Below are positions 1-8,640 of a stretch of 64,000 nt of DNA, piece after piece. Within the stretch, counting starts at the first letter, position 1. Each line of letters starts with the position of its first letter. The notes under the pieces were generated by a model. That model was not told the DNA's origin. It ran no database searches and saw nothing but the letters and a program-made list of their open reading frames with translations. The position numbers and the translations under genes are program-made. Source of the stretch: a virus; IMG/VR virus record IMGVR_UViG_3300043395_003072, positions 32,001 to 96,000 of that record, one strand, 5' to 3'.

Positions 1-1
1 A

Positions 2-184
2 TTCTTCCCAGCCAATACTGATGTTAACTATGTTAACTTAGTGCACCTTGCTGCTCATAAGAAAGGGCTCAAGTCTCTTTACTATCTAAGGACTACAGCT
101 GGTGTTATTGCAGAGAAAGTTTCTACTCAAGTCGAAAGACGTAAACTTAAAGATGTAGAGGAGTGTCTATCATGTCAGGGTTAA
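2..184 (+). CDS. nrdA: Ribonucleotide reductase class I alpha subunit, 3' end (partial, starts upstream of window)
   Basis: My translation of frame +2 (not in ORF track): FFPANTDVNYVNLVHLAAHKKGLKSLYYLRT...EECLSCQG*. It has the KGLKxxYYxR motif and a C-terminal CxxC redox pair, and lies directly upstream of nrdB. Confidence 0.92.
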   Translation, partial: FFPANTDVNYVNLVHLAAHKKGLKSLYYLRTTAGVIAEKVSTQVERRKLKDVEECLSCQG

Positions 185-1164
185 CAGAGTTTTCTAAAGT
201 CTATAAGCCTTTTCAATACCCTTGGGCTATGGAGTATGCAGAGCAACATGAAAAGATTCATTGGGGCTCGTGGGAAGCTAAGCTACAAGAAGATGTAGCT
301 CAGTGGAAGAACAAGGTTATTACAGATAAAGAGCGCGCCCACATTACACAGATACTTCGTATCTTCACTCAAAGCGATGTAGCTGTTGGTGGTAACTATT
401 GCGATATCTTTATTCCCAAGTTTAAGAATAATGAGATTCGTAATATGTTACTTTCTTTTGCAAATAGAGAAGGTACTCATCAACGCTCATATGCTTTGTT
501 AAACGATACTCTCGGCTTAGCTGAATCTGAATATTCTAGCTTTCTCAATATAAAGGAGATGGCTGATAAAATAGATTTCATGCTTGAGACCGATTACAAA
601 CCAGAGAACGAAGCTCAAGAGTTAGCTTTTGATCTTGCTCGCTCAGTTTGTAATGAAGGTATGTGTCTCTTCTCAGCTTTTGTTATGTTACTAAACTTTC
701 AAAGGTTTGGTAAAATGAAAGGTATGTGCGAGATAGTTGAATGGTCCATTCGTGACGAAACTTTACACGTAGAAGCCATGACTAAATTATTCCACACTTA
801 CTGCGAAGAGAACCCAAAACTAGTTACAACACAGCTTAAAAAGTATATTTATACTAACTTTACTAGAGCAGTAGCTATGGAAGATGCTTTGATTGATTTG
901 CTCTATACAGATTACGAAAGTGAATCTCTCTCTGCTGATCAAGTTAAAACTTATATTCGTTATTTAGCTGATAGGCGTTTAATCCAACTAGGTTTAAAGC
1001 CACAATTTAAACAAAAGAAGAATCCTCTTGAATGGCTTGACTGGGTTGTCTCTGGCGACTCATTCAAAAATTTCTTTGAGGGTACTGTTACTGACTACAA
1101 TGCTGCTGGCATGGTAGGTCAAATTGACTGGACTGTTTTAGGAGATTCTAATGAAAATCAATGA
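163..1164 (+). CDS. nrdB: Ribonucleotide reductase class Ia beta subunit (likely true start ATG 172)
   Basis: YKPFQYPWA, di-metal ligands QSD / REGTH / NEG / RDETLH, radical Tyr (HQRSY), C-terminal NFFEGTVTDY; GAGGAG RBS before ATG 172. Confidence 0.95.
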   Translation: MSIMSGLTEFSKVYKPFQYPWAMEYAEQHEKIHWGSWEAKLQEDVAQWKNKVITDKERAHITQILRIFTQSDVAVGGNYCDIFIPKFKNNEIRNMLLSFANREGTHQRSYALLNDTLGLAESEYSSFLNIKEMADKIDFMLETDYKPENEAQELAFDLARSVCNEGMCLFSAFVMLLNFQRFGKMKGMCEIVEWSIRDETLHVEAMTKLFHTYCEENPKLVTTQLKKYIYTNFTRAVAMEDALIDLLYTDYESESLSADQVKTYIRYLADRRLIQLGLKPQFKQKKNPLEWLDWVVSGDSFKNFFEGTVTDYNAAGMVGQIDWTVLGDSNENQ

Positions 1165-1483
1165 ATATGTAAAAGAAGCTTATAATAATGCCGCCGAGAA
1201 AGGTTGGCATGAAAAAGAGCGCTCTATAGGCGAACTAATTGCACTTATGCACTCTGAGCTATCTGAAGCCTTAGAGGAACATCGTAATGGTCATGCACCT
1301 AATGAGACTTATTATCCAGAAGGCTCTTTAAAGCCAGAAGGTATTCCTGTTGAGTTAGCTGATTGCGTTATTCGTATTTTTGACTTTTGTGGGAAATATG
1401 ATATTGATCTTGAAGATGCTATAAATACCAAGATGCAATATAACAAATCCCGGCCTCACAGGCACGGAGGCAAAAAGCTTTAG
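1151..1483 (+). CDS. MazG-like NTP pyrophosphohydrolase
   Basis: HSELSEALEE...VELADCVIRIFD...KMQYNKSRP acidic-helix pattern of the all-alpha NTP-PPase family. Confidence 0.8.
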   Translation: MKINEYVKEAYNNAAEKGWHEKERSIGELIALMHSELSEALEEHRNGHAPNETYYPEGSLKPEGIPVELADCVIRIFDFCGKYDIDLEDAINTKMQYNKSRPHRHGGKKL

Positions 1484-1491
1484 GATGATAA

Positions 1492-2109
1492 ATGCTAAAA
1501 GATATGGACTTAGCAGACGATTATGAAAAATTACTTAAAGTAGTACTTGATGCTGCACTTGTTGATTTTATTAAACTTCAACACCCTAGAAATAGAACTA
1601 AAAAGTATTTAGAGGAAGCTTTAGATACTTCCGTTGAATTGTTTTTTGACCCTGATTTTCGCTTTGAATATTTTTTCAATCAAGATGATCCTAATGAAAA
1701 ATACTCTTTAAAAGAAGCCTTAATCAGATTATTAAAAACAAGGAATATTTCTATGACTAAAGTAAAAAATCATGTCGTCAATGAGTCTATATCTTATTGG
1801 TGGGAAAAGAATTTCCACGATATAAAAGTACCAACTAAAGTTAATTTAGCTGGTAAGGTTTTTTATATAGTAAATTCAAAACAAGAACGAATAGATTATG
1901 AAAATAATAAACTCTATTTTGCCTGCAAAAAAGAAGCAGCAGATAGAGTTTTTTTTAAACTATGTCTTAAAGTTCTTATAGAAGAATCTAATTTAGATTT
2001 TACAGATGAACAACTAGAGCTTTTTTATAAATACTTTTATCTTTTCTTAAAAATAAATGATGCATTTCCTACATTAAAATTGAAAGATAACCAAAATGAA
2101 TTGGATTGA
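1492..2109 (+). CDS. Hypothetical protein
   Basis: 205-aa ORF in operon context; no motif recognised. Confidence 0.6.
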   Translation: MLKDMDLADDYEKLLKVVLDAALVDFIKLQHPRNRTKKYLEEALDTSVELFFDPDFRFEYFFNQDDPNEKYSLKEALIRLLKTRNISMTKVKNHVVNESISYWWEKNFHDIKVPTKVNLAGKVFYIVNSKQERIDYENNKLYFACKKEAADRVFFKLCLKVLIEESNLDFTDEQLELFYKYFYLFLKINDAFPTLKLKDNQNELD

Positions 2110-2794
2110 TATTATAACCGGTATACTGCTTTTAGGTTTAACATATGCTCTTTATAGGTCTACTCAAAAAGTAGAAATACTTAATGAGTGGATTAATATG
2201 GTTGCTTCTCAAAATGAATTTCTAAATAAAAAACATGATCAGCTATCTGAATATTATAGTACTGAAAACCATGCTTTAGAGGCAACAATCAAAGAGCTAA
2301 ACTCTCGTAATGCTCACTTGGTTGATGAATTAAATACATTCTACAAGGACAACTCTTCTTTAAAAGAACAGATTTATCATTTAAAAGATAAGCATCCTGA
2401 AGAACTTAAAAAAGCAAGAGAAGAAGCCTTAACTAAATCAAGATCAGTAATGCGCGGTCAAGCTACAGAGCATCTCGCTCCTTATATTATAAAAGATACA
2501 AATCCTAAAGATTATCGCTTTATGGGTAACCCTGTAGACTATGTAATATTCGAAGGTCTATCTGATGTACTTGACGGTCAAGCTGATACAATCAAATCAA
2601 TTACATTTCTAGATATTAAAACTGGTAAGTCTTCTTTAACTAAATCTCAAAGAAGAATTCGAGATGCAGTAAATTCTAGCTTTGTAACTTTTAAAGTATT
2701 AAATCTAGATGAGCTTGTTGAAAAACAAGCAGAAGGAACTGTTCAAGATGAACATAGCGTTCAAGACGAAAACGGGTCAAATCCGCCAGATTGA
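2096..2794 (+). CDS. Membrane-anchored endonuclease related to archaeal Holliday junction resolvase (Endonuc_Holl-like)
   Basis: N-terminal hydrophobic helix and coiled coil, then SRSVMRGQATEHLAPY, RFMGNPVDYVIF, FLDIKTGKSSLTKSQRRIRDAV (PD-(D/E)XK core). Confidence 0.8.
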   Translation: MNWIDIITGILLLGLTYALYRSTQKVEILNEWINMVASQNEFLNKKHDQLSEYYSTENHALEATIKELNSRNAHLVDELNTFYKDNSSLKEQIYHLKDKHPEELKKAREEALTKSRSVMRGQATEHLAPYIIKDTNPKDYRFMGNPVDYVIFEGLSDVLDGQADTIKSITFLDIKTGKSSLTKSQRRIRDAVNSSFVTFKVLNLDELVEKQAEGTVQDEHSVQDENGSNPPD

Positions 2795-2972
2795 TATTGA
2801 TGAGTTGCTACCTATCATAGAAATCCCCGAGTATAACTTTACCACTCCTCAGAGTATAGATCTTTATGATAGCTCAATGCTTACTCTTAATGTTAAAACA
2901 TTAGTATTTAAAAAAGTAGAAATGAAACTTCCGCATTATAATATGTCTTGGATTGAATATCATGAGGTCTGA
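2709..2972 (+). CDS. Hypothetical protein (start uncertain, possibly ATG 2748)
   Basis: Fills the gap between flanking genes with short overlaps. Confidence 0.5.
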   Translation: MSLLKNKQKELFKMNIAFKTKTGQIRQIDIDELLPIIEIPEYNFTTPQSIDLYDSSMLTLNVKTLVFKKVEMKLPHYNMSWIEYHEV

Positions 2973-3387
2973 TTGGCATCAGTACTTTATGAATATAGCC
3001 TTTACTGTTTCTGCTAGAGCTACATGTCCAAGGCGTAGCGTTGGTTGCGTAATAGTAAGAGACAGATGCATTCTGGCTACTGGTTATAACGGTAGCTTAT
3101 CTGGAATGCGGCATTGCACTGATGGTGGTTGCATGATAATCGATGCGCATTGTATTCAAACTGTGCATGCAGAATTGAATGCAATTGCACAAGCAGCAAA
3201 GCAGGGGGTATCTCTCAAAGATTCAACTGCTTATGTTACTACTAGACCTTGCTTCAATTGCTTTAAAGGTTTAGTAGCTGCAGGTATTACTACTATCTAT
3301 TATCGAGAGACTTATGAATCTCACGCTAATCATTTCATTAATTATTATTTAGAGAAACATCCTGACTTTGTATTGGAGCAAATATGA
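2953..3387 (+). CDS. dCMP deaminase
   Basis: ATCPRRSVG, ATGYNG, HAELNAI and PCFNC zinc motifs. Confidence 0.93.
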   Translation: MNIMRSDWHQYFMNIAFTVSARATCPRRSVGCVIVRDRCILATGYNGSLSGMRHCTDGGCMIIDAHCIQTVHAELNAIAQAAKQGVSLKDSTAYVTTRPCFNCFKGLVAAGITTIYYRETYESHANHFINYYLEKHPDFVLEQI

Positions 3388-3605
3388 TTTTAACTAAACT
3401 ATGCCCAATTACACTTAAAGAAAATACATATCAGATCCCTATTACTGAAGAACAGTATTTTGCTTGGAGGAACGGAAATCAACTTATTCAAGCTGCTTTT
3501 CCTCATCTAAATGAATACGATAGAGAGTTTCTTATTTCTGGCATGTCATTCGAAGCTCAAGATGTTTTCTTTAAAGATCCTCTTGATTTAAATGAAAGAG
3601 ACTAA
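3384..3605 (+). CDS. Small phage hypothetical protein
   Basis: ATGA overlap with upstream gene; LIQAAFPHL...DREFLISG pattern resembles small phage proteins. Confidence 0.6.
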   Translation: MILTKLCPITLKENTYQIPITEEQYFAWRNGNQLIQAAFPHLNEYDREFLISGMSFEAQDVFFKDPLDLNERD

Positions 3606-3760
3606 TGAAACACTTAATTAAAAAACTACCCCCCAAGTATCGCATGACAATACATAATATTGTGGGTCATCCTTTAATGGAGATACTTAACTTAGTTGGT
3701 CTCAAAACTATTGCCGATATAGTTCATGACTCAACTTTACCCTTAGACTCAGAGGAATAA
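3605..3760 (+). CDS. Small hypothetical protein, 51 aa (below ORF-track cutoff)
   Basis: MKHLIKKLPPKYRMTIHNIVGHPLMEILNLVGLKTIADIVHDSTLPLDSEE*; TAATG coupling to the upstream ORF, ends 3 nt before recA. Confidence 0.7.
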   Translation: MKHLIKKLPPKYRMTIHNIVGHPLMEILNLVGLKTIADIVHDSTLPLDSEE

Positions 3761-3763
3761 TTA

Positions 3764-4843
3764 ATGGCTATTAAGAAGCTTACTGGTATACCCGAAATAG
3801 ATATGATTGCTTCTTCCCTTGCAAAGAAATTTGGCAAGGAAGATATCATGTCTGTTGGTCCTAAATATGAGAAGGTAAAAACTATCTCTACTGGCTCTAT
3901 TAGTTTAGATGCCGCTCTTGGTGTAGGTGGGCTTCCCAGCGATAGAGTTGTAGAAATCTTCGGCCCACCATCTGCAGGTAAAACTAGCTTATGCTTGCAA
4001 GTAGTAAAGAACTATATCAATGCTCACGGCTACACTAGGATGCCTGTGTATATCGATCTAGAACGTACTACAGGGCTTGATCTTGTTACTAGTATGGGTA
4101 TCGATGCAGGTAAGATGTTATTCTGCTATCCAGATACTGCAGAGGAAGCTTTACAGCTTGCTCAAGATCTAGGCAAGACTGGCAAAGTAGGTATCATTAT
4201 CTTTGACTCTATTGACGCAGCTCAATCAGAGCGAGATACTAAGCGCTTAATGAATGAGATGGGCGTAGGTGATCTTCCAAGATTACTATCAAAAGCTCTC
4301 CGTGCTATCTCTAAGATTAGCGTAGACAGTGATTGTCTTTACTTGTTTATTAACCAAGTACGCATGAATATTGGAGTTATGTATGGAAATCCAGAGACAA
4401 CGAGTGGGGGTAACGCTATTCCATTCTATGCTTCTGTTAGGCTTAGAGTAAGCAGCAAACCTTCTTCTGATACAGAAGGTGCTCTTACTATGAAGGTTAA
4501 AGTAGTAAAGAATAAAGTTGCGCCCGCTCTTAACAAGGAAGCTATCTTTGAATTCATTGCAGGTAAAGGTACTGAGACTTATGCTGACTTAGTATCTTAT
4601 GCAAAGGATATTGGATTGCTTCGTTTTGCTGGCTCTGCAGTTAAATGGTTTAATCCAGATAATGGCGAAGAAGAAACACTATGCTCTGGTGGTAAAGCCG
4701 GCGCTGTAAGTTTCTTCAAGTCTAACAATGACAAGTACTTAGCTTTTAAAGCTTTATGTTTATCTAAAACAACACCAACTGTTACCGAGGCTACTGAAGA
4801 TGACAGCTCAGATAGTGAAGACCTCTCACACGATCAGGTTTAA
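3764..4843 (+). CDS. recA: Recombinase A
   Basis: ISTGSISLDAALGVGGLP, Walker A GPPSAGKT, IIIFDSI, FINQVRMNIGVMYGNPETTSGGNAIPFYASVRL, VVKNKVAP. Confidence 0.97.
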   Translation: MAIKKLTGIPEIDMIASSLAKKFGKEDIMSVGPKYEKVKTISTGSISLDAALGVGGLPSDRVVEIFGPPSAGKTSLCLQVVKNYINAHGYTRMPVYIDLERTTGLDLVTSMGIDAGKMLFCYPDTAEEALQLAQDLGKTGKVGIIIFDSIDAAQSERDTKRLMNEMGVGDLPRLLSKALRAISKISVDSDCLYLFINQVRMNIGVMYGNPETTSGGNAIPFYASVRLRVSSKPSSDTEGALTMKVKVVKNKVAPALNKEAIFEFIAGKGTETYADLVSYAKDIGLLRFAGSAVKWFNPDNGEEETLCSGGKAGAVSFFKSNNDKYLAFKALCLSKTTPTVTEATEDDSSDSEDLSHDQV

Positions 4844-5108
4844 AGAATCGTGGGATGAGGTATCTAATAAAGTCTATGATATCTTACATCTACTTCCATG
4901 GAATAAGGATCATGTAGACTTCTTAACTTATATTACTAAAGAATATTCTAAAGGTCTTGATGACTTTTATAAAGAGAATATCTTTATCTGTCCCCGCTGT
5001 GAAGAAAAATCTATTTTAGGAAGAATGTGTCCTGCTCATAAGCATGCAGTGTGCATTGCTCCTAAAGTAGAACTAGACTATTGTGATGACGAAGAAGATG
5101 AGTTGTGA
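4800..5108 (+). CDS. Hypothetical protein with possible zinc ribbon
   Basis: CPRC...CPAH...C; overlaps both neighbours. Confidence 0.55.
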   Translation: MTAQIVKTSHTIRFKESWDEVSNKVYDILHLLPWNKDHVDFLTYITKEYSKGLDDFYKENIFICPRCEEKSILGRMCPAHKHAVCIAPKVELDYCDDEEDEL

Positions 5109-6405
5109 ACATAATCATGAAGTGGCTTGTAATCATTGCGAGAAGCAATTTGTACACTTGCATGTGCATACAGAATACTCGCTTCTTGATGGAATTAATA
5201 AGGTAGATAGGCTCCCTAAGCATGTAAAAGCTATGAATCAACCTGCTGTTAGTCAAACAGATCATGGTACGATTTCTGGTTGTTACAAGTTTTACAAGGA
5301 GGCTAAAAAAGCTGGCGTTAAACCAATCATAGGCATGGAAGCTTATTATACGGTTGGTGATAGAGCTGCAAGAGAGCCAGATGAAATGGGTAAGAACTAT
5401 TATCATCTTATTCTCTTAGCTCAAAATAACGTCGGGCTACATAACCTTATTAAGCTATCATCTTACTCCTATACAGAAGGTATGTATCATAAACCTCGCA
5501 TTGATGATGAGTTGATTGCTCAATACTCAGAAGGCTTAATTGCTACTACTACTTGTCTTGGCAGTAGAGCTTCTCAGTTGATTCTAAACGGAGAAGTTAA
5601 AGCCGCAGAGAAATTGATACATCATCACAAGGCTATGTTCAAAGACAGGTTCCTTGTCGAGCTACAACCTCATGTAGATCCTGAACAGATGCTAGTAAAC
5701 AAGACCCTGCTTCAGATCGCTACTTCTAATGATCTTCCTATGGTTATTACTGGTGACTGCCATTACCAGCATGACCACGATAAGATGCACCATGAAGCTG
5801 CGCTTTGTATGCAAACTAAAACTAAACTATCCGATGAGAAGAGATTCTCTTTTGGAGAGCTAGAAGTACATGTATCTGATCATGATTGGATGTGGGCTAA
5901 AGCAGAAGCTCAAGGACTTCCTTATGATGTAATATCTAATACTGTATCTGTTGCTAATATGATAGATAGTGATTCTTACTTCATGGATCGAATGAATCGC
6001 TATCCTAAATATCAAGAGATTCCAGATAACCTTAGATCATTTGAGCTATTAGAAATAGAAGCTCAACATGGTTTATGGGCTAGGTTTAATAGTATGCCGC
6101 CTCAAGAATACAGAGACAGGCTTGCTCATGAACTCAAAGCTATTAAGAAGATGGGCTTTTCAGATTACATGCTAATCGTTGCTCAATTTATGAATGGCGC
6201 AAGAGATTATGGAGTGATGCATGGCCCTGGTCGAGGTTCCGCAGCTGGCAGTCTAGTTGCCTATGCTCTAAGAATTACAGAAGTCGATCCTATTAAATAC
6301 AACTTGGTGTTCTCTCGCTTTCTAAATGAAGGTCGCGGAGCTACACCCTTAATCTTTAACCATGAGATGGCTGCTATTGCAGACAGCCACCGACTACCTT
6401 TTTAA
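5083..6405 (+). CDS. dnaE: DNA polymerase III alpha, piece 1: PHP domain plus N-terminal palm segment (start may be ATG 5098)
   Basis: FVHLHVHTEYSLLDG, TDHG, KPIIGMEAY, HLILLAQN, KPRID, GDCHY, GPGRGSAAGSLVAYALRITEVDPIKYNLVFSRFLNEGR; ends just before the expected PDxDxD. Confidence 0.96.
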   Translation: MMTKKMSCEHNHEVACNHCEKQFVHLHVHTEYSLLDGINKVDRLPKHVKAMNQPAVSQTDHGTISGCYKFYKEAKKAGVKPIIGMEAYYTVGDRAAREPDEMGKNYYHLILLAQNNVGLHNLIKLSSYSYTEGMYHKPRIDDELIAQYSEGLIATTTCLGSRASQLILNGEVKAAEKLIHHHKAMFKDRFLVELQPHVDPEQMLVNKTLLQIATSNDLPMVITGDCHYQHDHDKMHHEAALCMQTKTKLSDEKRFSFGELEVHVSDHDWMWAKAEAQGLPYDVISNTVSVANMIDSDSYFMDRMNRYPKYQEIPDNLRSFELLEIEAQHGLWARFNSMPPQEYRDRLAHELKAIKKMGFSDYMLIVAQFMNGARDYGVMHGPGRGSAAGSLVAYALRITEVDPIKYNLVFSRFLNEGRGATPLIFNHEMAAIADSHRLPF

Positions 6406-6416
6406 GGATAATTACA

Positions 6417-6587
6417 ATGACTACTATTTATGCGATTCAGAATAAAACAAACAATAACTTTGTTCCTGTAAACGGCACTATGTTTTTCTCAAAGCGTAGT
6501 GATGCTCGTGCAGCTCGTGCAAACCTTCAGGGAAATGATTATCGAATTGTTACTACTACTGTTACCGATTGGAAGACAGCTAAGTAA
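6417..6587 (+). CDS. Small hypothetical protein, 56 aa, between dnaE pieces 1 and 2 (below ORF-track cutoff)
   Basis: AAGGA RBS at 6404-6408; MTTIYAIQNKTNNNFVPVNGTMFFSKRSDARAARANLQGNDYRIVTTTVTDWKTAK*. Confidence 0.7.
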   Translation: MTTIYAIQNKTNNNFVPVNGTMFFSKRSDARAARANLQGNDYRIVTTTVTDWKTAK

Positions 6588-6593
6588 CTAACA

Positions 6594-6610
6594 CCCACCT
6601 TTACAGTGGG
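6594..6610 (+). promoter_or_regulatory. Short GC-rich hairpin in a rare intergenic gap
   Basis: CCCAC-ctttaca-GTGGG inverted repeat right after the small ORF; no clean U-tract, function unknown. Confidence 0.3.
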
Positions 6611-6656
6611 CGCATCTCTTTAACATCCATCTCTTATAGGTTATGATGCTTCTCAT

Positions 6657-8252
6657 ATGCTCTCCAAAGATATATGTTTAAAATATATAGATACTAAAGT
6701 TATTGAAGAAAGATTAGATCAAATAGATCCTGACTTTCTAGAATATGAAGTAAAGATGATATCTCGAGAAGATATTAATCGAATACATAATGTACTAGTA
6801 GTTCAAGATTTTAAATTTGAAGAAAATCCTCATAACAGTATCTTGCTTTATATTACTGGGTTAACCGATCAATTTGATTTTGAAGCTATGAGATCGAATA
6901 TGATTGGTGGTGCACCCCCGGATATCGATATAGATCACGATGCGCTAGAGCGTGAGAAAGCTATTCAATGGTGTATTGATTATTGGGGGCGAGAAAAAGT
7001 CGCCAATATTATTACTCATGGAACTTTTAAACCTAAAAGTCTAGCTAGATCTTATTATCGTATTACTGAGAAGGATCAAGAAGATTTAACAGAACTTCTT
7101 AAAATGATTCCGCCTCCTAAGTATGGCAAGGAAGCCTCTCTCTCAGAAATACTAGAACAAAACCCAAATCTATCCGAAGAAGAGAAGTATAAAACCTTTC
7201 TTGAATTTGCAGATAGAATAGAAGACATGGTTGCAAACTTTGGTATTCATGCGGCTGGCGTAATTATTTCTGACAAAGAAATCTCAGATACTATTCCTAT
7301 CTGGAAGAATTCTAAAGCAGATAGAATTACTCAGTTTGATAAAGACGAATGCGAAGAGCTTGGGTTGCTCAAGTTCGACTTCCTCGGTATCGATACTATC
7401 TCTATTATCAAAGAGTGCGTTTCGCTTATCAAGAGAGACAAGGGTGTAGAAATACAGCCTTACTCTATCCCAGATGGCGATACTCTAGCTTATGAGAAAC
7501 TAAACGAAGGGCATCTTGTTGGTGTGTTTCAAATGGAGACCTCTGGTACTGCCAAGAGGTTAATCATGGATATTCAACCAACTAGCATTGAGGACCTTAG
7601 TGCTATTAGTGCCATTAATCGCCCTGGACCGTTACAAGCTAATCTTGATAAAACCTATATAGCTAACAAACTAAACAAAGCTCCACCAGATACGCTTCCT
7701 GCTCAAGTAGCTGAGATACTCAAAGCTTCATACTGGACCTTGATATATCAGGAGCAGATTATGTCTTTGTTTACTGAGCTTGCAGGGTTTACACCTCAAG
7801 AGGCAGATGAAGTACGTCGAGCTATGGGTAAGAAAAAGCTAGAAGTATTAGAGCCTTACAAAGATAAGTTTATTATAAAGTCCCAAGAAATTGGAGGCTT
7901 GCTCGCTGAATATGCTCAATCTTTATGGTCTGATATATTAGGTTTTGCAGATTACTGTTTAGCTGGAAATACTCAAGTTAAGATTAAACAAACTCCTTAT
8001 GTAAAAACTATTGCAGATATAGTAGATGACCAAATATCACCTACTGTTTTCTCTTATAATGGCTCTGAATTTATAAGACAGAGGGTTGAACAATGGCATT
8101 ATAAGGGAGTAAAACAAACTTACACTTATCTTTGCGAAAACGGAGCGTCAGTTACTTGCACTCCAGATCATAAATTCCTTACAATAGATAATAAATTTAA
8201 ATCTATTGATGAAATTTATACTAATAACTTAGAGATATACACCATAGAATAA
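6657..8252 (+). CDS. dnaE: DNA polymerase III alpha, piece 2: catalytic palm/thumb/fingers fused to split-intein N-half
   Basis: PPDIDIDHD, GIHAAGVII, GLLKFDFLG, GVFQME, INRPGPL, IYQEQIM, ADEVRRAMGKKK, GFADY|CLAGNT.... Confidence 0.97.
   Translation: MLSKDICLKYIDTKVIEERLDQIDPDFLEYEVKMISREDINRIHNVLVVQDFKFEENPHNSILLYITGLTDQFDFEAMRSNMIGGAPPDIDIDHDALEREKAIQWCIDYWGREKVANIITHGTFKPKSLARSYYRITEKDQEDLTELLKMIPPPKYGKEASLSEILEQNPNLSEEEKYKTFLEFADRIEDMVANFGIHAAGVIISDKEISDTIPIWKNSKADRITQFDKDECEELGLLKFDFLGIDTISIIKECVSLIKRDKGVEIQPYSIPDGDTLAYEKLNEGHLVGVFQMETSGTAKRLIMDIQPTSIEDLSAISAINRPGPLQANLDKTYIANKLNKAPPDTLPAQVAEILKASYWTLIYQEQIMSLFTELAGFTPQEADEVRRAMGKKKLEVLEPYKDKFIIKSQEIGGLLAEYAQSLWSDILGFADYCLAGNTQVKIKQTPYVKTIADIVDDQISPTVFSYNGSEFIRQRVEQWHYKGVKQTYTYLCENGASVTCTPDHKFLTIDNKFKSIDEIYTNNLEIYTIE
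7956..8249 (+). mobile_element. Split intein N-terminal half (IntN, 98 aa), cyanobacterial DnaE type
   Basis: Block A CLAGNTQV begins exactly after FADY; TVFS, VEQWHYKG, block B CTPDHKFLT (TxxH), IDEIY, then stop. Confidence 0.95.
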
Positions 8253-8263
8253 GGAACAATTAC

Positions 8264-8629
8264 ATGGCTACTCATGCAAATAACTCACTACGGGGTGTAC
8301 TTATTACAAGCTCTGTAGTCAATGTAGATGTAGATAATAATACTACTCTTGGTGAAGCTGAAGTAAGAACCTTGCTCCCCGTAGAACATGATCTTACTCC
8401 ACAAATAAACGGCTTTACTACTGAGTTCGTGCTTAATCCAGCTATTGGTCAAGGTACGGAACAATTCGTAGAGGTTTATTTAGATGGCCAAAGGCTTAAT
8501 AGAAGTTTTACTTCTGGTGGAGCAGACTACTATTTAAATCCAAATAGAGTTAGATTATTGTTATCTACTGATTTCTTATTAAACCAAAACTCAGTACTGA
8601 TTATTAAATATATCGAAGCTGCAGAATAA
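8264..8629 (+). CDS. Small virion/tail-associated beta-sandwich protein (paralog of 17921-18214)
   Basis: INGFTTEFVL.P...VEVYLDGQRL...ADY pattern resembling phage tail-associated repeats. Confidence 0.55.
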   Translation: MATHANNSLRGVLITSSVVNVDVDNNTTLGEAEVRTLLPVEHDLTPQINGFTTEFVLNPAIGQGTEQFVEVYLDGQRLNRSFTSGGADYYLNPNRVRLLLSTDFLLNQNSVLIIKYIEAAE

Positions 8630-8640
8630 AGGAGTCAACT

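Noticed and set aside
6340-6920. Group I/II intron or translational bypass joining GRGA(T)P to GAPPDIDID
   Set aside because: The interval is almost all coding (piece-1 tail, a 56-aa ORF with RBS, 88 codons resembling the palm). I recognised no intron core elements and no stop right after a take-off codon. Not formally excluded without RT-PCR.
6349-6920. A second split intein at the first dnaE break
   Set aside because: No Cys/Ser-initiated block A or TxxH at the end of piece 1, and no (H)N-C/S/T junction before PPDIDID.
7956-8249. Concluding that the host is a cyanobacterium
   Set aside because: Intein similarity alone is insufficient; no photosynthesis or other cyanophage marker genes are in this window.
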